A DNA stretch of 64,000 nucleotides, taken from Polyangiaceae bacterium (GTDB lineage: Bacteria > Myxococcota_A > Polyangia > Polyangiales > Polyangiaceae). The position numbers were made by a program, and so were the translations under genes. Under the pieces are notes generated by a model that ran no database searches, was not told where the DNA came from, and worked only from the letters and a program-made list of their open reading frames with translations. Shown piece after piece: positions 58,996 to 64,000 of this stretch. How positions within the stretch are numbered: position 1 is the first letter of the stretch; each line of letters opens with the position of its first letter. The stretch is from assembly GCA_050287085.1 (NCBI GenBank), contig JBNKBE010000026.1, positions 18,394 to 82,393 of the forward strand. The letters are read 5' to 3'.

Positions 58996-59069
58996 GCGTA
59001 GGCAATACAAGCGCCCCCCTGTTGCCCGGAAGCACGGGAGAGGGGCGCGTGAACCCTCGCATCGGGTCG
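58992..59069 (+). repeat. Exact 78-bp direct repeat, copy 1
   Basis: Identical to 63923-64000 (offset 4931). Confidence 0.95.
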
Positions 59070-59526
59070 TTGGACAGAGCAAAACTTGGCTGGCAGAGTA
59101 TTGAGAGCGGTGGCTCCTCCAGCGATGGGTGTTGCTTGCGGTGCGGGAGCGGCATTCGTCTGCTGGTGGCGGCAAACGGTCGCAGCTCCGCCGTGCTCCG
59201 AGCCTGCTCAGGCTACGTGGGCCTTCGCTTCGGGGCGGCTCGGCATCCTAGGCAGGCTCGTCGAAAAGCACGGTTTGGGCGGGGGCCCCAGGGTCGTGCT
59301 GGCGATGTTTGCGAGGCTGACTGGTGAAATACGGCGGTGGTCGGGGCGGGGCTCTTTGGGGAGCGTGGAGGGGTTCGCGCAGCTGCGTTTCAGCAGCTCT
59401 TTCCAGGGTCTCCAAGTCGAGCGCGGCTTGCCTGGTGCTTCGCCATCTGCGGGGGCGGGCGATTTGGAGCGAGCGGCTGACTCGAGCGGCTCTGGTACGA
59501 CGAGTGGCCGCCACCTGGCAGCGGGC

Positions 59527-60870
59527 ATGGCACGCTCCTCCCACGCCTTCACTCCCCTGGACGGATCGCTGAACAGCTCTCCGCGTCGTTACGGCGAAAG
59601 CTGCAGACCCTCGACGCTGCGGCGTCACCTCGGGTTTGCTCTGAGTGCTGGCGTCGCGACGCTCGCCGCGGCCGGGCTGGCGGGCTGCGGCCCAACCTCC
59701 CAACAACAAGAACCTGCGGAATTCGAAGACGCCCCCGTCGACAACGAAGTCAACGAGGGCGGTGGCAAGACAACAGGCGACACAGCGACACAAGGTGCAG
59801 CCCCACAGACGCTGTGCCCCCCTTGTGGTACAGCTGTCTCCGGCGGTGAGAGCTCCGAGTTCGGCGGGGATGCGGCCTATGCTCTCGACCAACTGGAGCT
59901 CACCGAAGTAGCGCTGAACGATCCGGCACTCGCGCCCTGGGTCGAAATGACGGAGGGCCGCTTCGAACTCGACCTGGCTTGGCAACAGACGATTCTCTCT
60001 CCCGAGGTCAGCGTCTCCACGGTGTCGACTCCGCTGGCGGTAGACCTCGTCGTGACCGGCGCCCGTGAACACGTCTCTCCCGATGTCCTGCTGCTCGACA
60101 TCGATGTGGAGCTAGAGGCGACGGATGGCAGCTTGACGGTGCGTTTTCCTCATACGCTTCGCAAGCGTGACCAACTCCTCGTCTCAGTGGAACCGTTTCT
60201 CAGCCCGGGAGGCGTGGTCGCACCCCCCCCCGCTGCTCAGCCAGGTGCTAGCACTCTGGAGCTCGGCGTCGAGGGTTCACAGGTGCTGGCTGGCTCGCTG
60301 ACGGTAGAGCTGGCCATCACTGACGAGGGCCCTCGGGGGCGGATCGTTCCTACCGTCCAGCTCCGCGGTGTCGAGCCGTTCTGGGAACCTCTCGAAGGGC
60401 GCTTTCCTGCGGACGGTTGCGGCCCACTTGAAGTCCTTGTCGATATCTCGCCAGATACGACTCTGCGCGCGCGTTTTGATCAATACGCCGAAGGCATCAA
60501 CGGCGCCGGCCCATCCGCGGCCGCCTGGCGCGAAGGCGAGGCGACCCAAGTAAGGGTTCAACTCGCGGAGCCCACTCATGCATGCCTGGGGCTCACTCCC
60601 GTGTCGAGCTATGCGGTGCACAGCGCGTTGTCTGTAGAGAGCGAGGACCGGCGAGTCGGCTTCACGCACTCCGCGGTGGTAAGCCTGGCCGCCGGCAAGG
60701 AGGAGTCCGCGGTTGACGCCGAGGGGGTGCGCTTTGTCACCCCCCAGGTCCCGTTAAGCCTCGTCGAGACGACGCTGGGGCGCACGGCTTCGACTACCTG
60801 GATGGCAGTCGCGCCTTCCTTCGAGGAGCGGCGAGCATGGGTGGAGGACACGTACAGGTCTTTCGTGTGA
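59527..60870 (+). CDS. Hypothetical lipoprotein (start uncertain)
   Basis: RRHLGF...AAGLAGC signal/lipobox; acidic beta-rich body. Confidence 0.6.
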   Translation: MARSSHAFTPLDGSLNSSPRRYGESCRPSTLRRHLGFALSAGVATLAAAGLAGCGPTSQQQEPAEFEDAPVDNEVNEGGGKTTGDTATQGAAPQTLCPPCGTAVSGGESSEFGGDAAYALDQLELTEVALNDPALAPWVEMTEGRFELDLAWQQTILSPEVSVSTVSTPLAVDLVVTGAREHVSPDVLLLDIDVELEATDGSLTVRFPHTLRKRDQLLVSVEPFLSPGGVVAPPPAAQPGASTLELGVEGSQVLAGSLTVELAITDEGPRGRIVPTVQLRGVEPFWEPLEGRFPADGCGPLEVLVDISPDTTLRARFDQYAEGINGAGPSAAAWREGEATQVRVQLAEPTHACLGLTPVSSYAVHSALSVESEDRRVGFTHSAVVSLAAGKEESAVDAEGVRFVTPQVPLSLVETTLGRTASTTWMAVAPSFEERRAWVEDTYRSFV

Positions 60871-60942
60871 ATGACAGAGGCGACCTCGACGTGGGTACCC
60901 TCGAATGGTAACCCAAGAACGTCACAAATCGTTCATCACCGC

Positions 60943-61809
60943 CTACTCAGCCACACTTGAGCGCGGTACACGCTTCGGTCCCTGGTACTTGGCCTCACGA
61001 TCGTGGGCCGTCTTGCCGTCAGTCGACACCACAAAGGACCCGGCATCGGCGCCTTCAATGCGGGTGGCAACGTGGTACACCGACTTGCCGTCGGTCGAAT
61101 ACGAGCCGTTGAGCTTCTGCCAGCTCTTGGGCGTGGCGCCTTCCAGCTGAAAGTTCATGACGAACACCCGCTTGGCATCACGCGAATAGGGGTGTTCGAG
61201 CCGCTCCCACGACGCGATCTCGACCCGGCGCAGCGGCTTCGAGCCAAAAAAGATACGAGCCGCATCGCGCGAGAACCCGCGGGTCAGCGAACGCCAGGAC
61301 CCCGGATCGGCGCCCTGAAGCGCCGCGCCGTCGTAGAAGATGTGATCGCGGTCACGAGCGAACGGCCCATCGCCGCCAAGGGCTTCCAATCTCAGTGGGG
61401 CAGCGCAACTGCGCAGAGGCGTGCCATAGTAGTAGCCAAAGCTCACATCCCTCGCATAGCCTGCTCCCAAGACGGAAAATCCCTCGACAGTACGCCCCTT
61501 GAGCGGCTTGAGCGACGTCTCAAACTCGAAGTACGCGAGCCTCTTGTCTCGGTAGTATCCGTCCGCCAGCGGCTCAAAGGTATCGCGATCGACGTCTTTC
61601 AGCACCGACCACGCGTGAAAGACGCGGCTGGCGTCGCGCGCGATAAACTCCGTTCCCTCCAAGATCTCAAAATTTGCCGGATCGACCCCGCGCAGGCGGT
61701 GGTCCTGATGCCAAACCCCGCCATCGCGCAGCTCCCAATAGACCAAGTCGTCATGCCCCGGGGCCGTGGTGCGCTGCCCCTCGAGCTCTTCGAGTCGTTT
61801 CCAGCTCAT
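60943..61809 (-). CDS. DKNYY family repeat protein
   Basis: Repeats GVDPANFEIL..IARDASRVF / VDRDTFEPL..YYRDKRLAY / GADPGSWRSL..FSRDAARIF; RBS GGGGGAG. Confidence 0.85.
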   Translation of the reverse strand: MSWKRLEELEGQRTTAPGHDDLVYWELRDGGVWHQDHRLRGVDPANFEILEGTEFIARDASRVFHAWSVLKDVDRDTFEPLADGYYRDKRLAYFEFETSLKPLKGRTVEGFSVLGAGYARDVSFGYYYGTPLRSCAAPLRLEALGGDGPFARDRDHIFYDGAALQGADPGSWRSLTRGFSRDAARIFFGSKPLRRVEIASWERLEHPYSRDAKRVFVMNFQLEGATPKSWQKLNGSYSTDGKSVYHVATRIEGADAGSFVVSTDGKTAHDREAKYQGPKRVPRSSVAE

Positions 61810-62278
61810 CGACTCCCCCGCCAGCTTCGTCTCGGATAGGCCCAACGGTGTCGCGCCAAGTCGCCAACGGAACGCGCAGTCCACGATACAGCACAAATTC
61901 CGTCGCAGTCTTGGCATCTGCTCATCCGACCCAACTTAGTCCCAACCGGGCAATCCTGCAATCCTGGGTCGCCCTCGGCGCCCCTGCGCTGAGCCTCGCC
62001 CAGCCCTGATCTTCCCGCTCACCCTTTGCGCGCGGCGCCCCAACACCGCGCGCCCGCGTCCAACACCAGCGGGTGTGTCGGTGTCACACCTGAACCAAAG
62101 CGACACGCGCAGCACGGCCTAGGCCCTCTTGGAGCCTGTCCGTGAGCGCAAACTCGCTGCTCGAAACCCGCTACCGCAAGGAACCCGGCGGGCGTGCGCG
62201 CATCGAATCACCCGTGAAAGGTTTCGGAAATGTCACTCGGCCAGGCTGCCGCTACGACTACCACGTCGAAAAGCCCCC

Positions 62279-63594
62279 ATGGCACGAATGCCCTCCCATT
62301 GCTCGCCTCTTTCCCACTCCTTGCCGCCTCTCAACAAGCGCCCATGGCAGGGCGCTGTGCTCGCGACCGTTGTGCTCTCCGCGTCCAGTGCCTTCGCGGC
62401 CGCGCCACCTGACGTGGAGTCCACGCCGATGGGCGACACTGGGGGCTACGCTGTCGACCTCCTGTGGACGGTGATGGCCGCCATTTTGGTGTTCTGGATG
62501 CAAGCTGGTTTCGCTCTCCTGGAAGCCGGATTCACCCGCGCCAAAAGCGTCGCCAACATCATGATGAAGAACCTGATGGATCTCTCTTTCGGGTCCATCG
62601 TGTTCTGGCTCGTCGGCTTTGGGCTGATGTTTGGCACGAGCTTACGCGTTTTTGCTGTTTCAGACGGTGTTCTGCGCAACAGCGGCCACCATCGTCTCTG
62701 GGGCGATGGCGGAGCGGACTCGGTTTGCGGCGTACCTACTGTTTAGCATCTGTATGACGGGGCTCATTTATCCCGTCTTCGGATCTTGGGCGTGGGGCAG
62801 CTTGTTCGAGGGGGGCGGATGGCTCGAAGGAGGTCACGGGGGCCCACTCGATGCCCTCGGCCTTCCCGGTTTTCTTGATTTTGCCGGTTCCACCGTCGTG
62901 CATAGCTTGGGGGATGGGCTGGTTCGGCTTCAACGCGGGCAGCACGACCGGGGTCACGGGCTCCGGAGGTGATCCGTTTGGCGCCTCCGGAAAAGCCTTA
63001 GCGCTAATCGCCGTGAACACGAACTTGTCGGCGTGTGCGGGAGCGGCAGCGGCTATGCTGACCAGCTGGTGGCTCAACGCCCGGCCCGACATCGGCATCA
63101 GCATCAACGGGGCCCTCGGCGGCCTGGTCGCCATCACGGCAGGCTGCGCTTACGTGTCGCCGGGTTCGGCTATCGTGATCGGGGGCATCGCTGGCGCCTT
63201 GGTGGTCGCCTCCGTGCTCACCTTCGAGCGGATACAGGTGGACGATCCAGTGGGCGCCATCAGCGTACACGGGGTGTGCGGCGCCTGGGGAACGCTAGCC
63301 GTCGCCGTATTTCACCACGCGGGCTTCAGCGCCCTGCAGCTCGCATCCCAAGTCATCGGTGTCGCCGCGTGTTTCGTCTGGGCATTGGGGAGCTCGCTGA
63401 TTGTTTTTTGGTTGCTGAAGACCACCGTTGGCCTGCGCGTGAGCGAAGCCGGCGAAATGGAAGGGCTCGATCTGAGTGAACACGCGGTGGAGGCCTACCC
63501 GCCAGATTTCTTGCTCGGGCCGCCAGAGGGCACAACGTCCGGCACTGCGGAGTCTTCTGCGTTTGCACTAGGAGCCAACTTTGGCAATCAATAG
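62279..63594 (+). pseudogene. amt: Second ammonium transporter, split over three frames by two internal deletions
   Basis: LVFWMQAGFALLEAG..RAKS..N | [20 protein letters not shown]...DFAGSTVVH | GWFGFNAGS...NGALGGLVAITA...DDPVGAISVHG. Junctions at ~62640 and ~62915. Confidence 0.9.
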
Positions 63595-64000
63595 CCCGTC
63601 CTTCCAAGACGAGGGCCCGAGCTCGGGGGGCTTTGCGGGTCAAGTCACCACGGCCAACATCGCTGACCTCATCCAGTTCAGCTGCAGCAACGGCTCCACC
63701 CTGGCGTTCCGCGTCAAGACACGCATCGGGCAAGGCTATCTTTGTTTCGAGCAGGGGGAGCTGCACCACGCCGAGTTTGGACTTTTGCGCGGCGAAGATG
63801 CCGTCTTTCAGATGCTCTCTCAAGACGCGGGCACCTTCGAAAGCTGCGCCCATCCCAGGCCCGGTGCACGCAGCATCGACTGTTCGTGGCAGGCCGTGCT
63901 CCCAAAGGCCGCCCAGCGCAGTGAGCGCGTAGGCAATACAAGCGCCCCCCTGTTGCCCGGAAGCACGGGAGAGGGGCGCGTGAACCCTCGCATCGGGTCG
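63581..64000 (+). CDS. DUF4388 (PATAN-like) domain protein, runs off the right edge (absent from the ORF track)
   Basis: AGGAG plus TTG 63581; FAGQV...IADLIQF...GYLCFEQGELHHA..G.LRGEDAVFQML...GTF...RSIDCSWQAVL. Confidence 0.75.
   Translation, partial: MAINSPSFQDEGPSSGGFAGQVTTANIADLIQFSCSNGSTLAFRVKTRIGQGYLCFEQGELHHAEFGLLRGEDAVFQMLSQDAGTFESCAHPRPGARSIDCSWQAVLPKAAQRSERVGNTSAPLLPGSTGEGRVNPRIGS
63923..64000 (+). repeat. Exact 78-bp direct repeat, copy 2 (may extend beyond the window)
   Basis: Identical to 58992-59069. Confidence 0.95.

Noticed and set aside
58992..59069. IS terminal repeat or group II intron end
   Set aside because: No transposase or RT, no inverted partner and no domain V motif. 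The right copy reads in frame with DUF4388.

Overview
GC-rich window, most likely from a myxobacterium (Polyangiaceae-like), judging by the many lipoproteins with low-complexity acidic linkers, TPR proteins and Cys-rich secreted proteins. Recognisable loci: amtB (left edge); an NrtR-regulated NAD salvage locus (NUDIX, CinA-like/nucleotidyltransferase fusion, nadV, nrtR) with two NrtR boxes; TetR-YciI-tag'; a probable iron-uptake operon (delta-60 lipoprotein, imelysin, HTTM protein, TonB-dependent receptor); a serine hydrolase with a LytS/LytTR pair; HupE/PPIase/polysaccharide deacetylase; a SUI1-YwbE fusion; a decayed integrative element; and a broken second amt. The standout is a tightly coupled 12-gene operon (~15.95-29.7 kb). 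It encodes a flagellar-type MotA/MotB stator, a membrane-anchored protein with FliG-middle/C-like cytoplasmic segments (a FliF-FliG-like single chain), outer-membrane barrel/lipoprotein components and a TonB-C-like protein, with no flagellar or export genes. It is a candidate non-flagellar rotary or envelope-spanning machine. Many conserved genes carry internal deletions or truncations, and a 78-bp exact repeat flanks the last 4.9 kb; these may be real decay or assembly artefacts. All family assignments come from motifs recognised by eye; no database searches were run.
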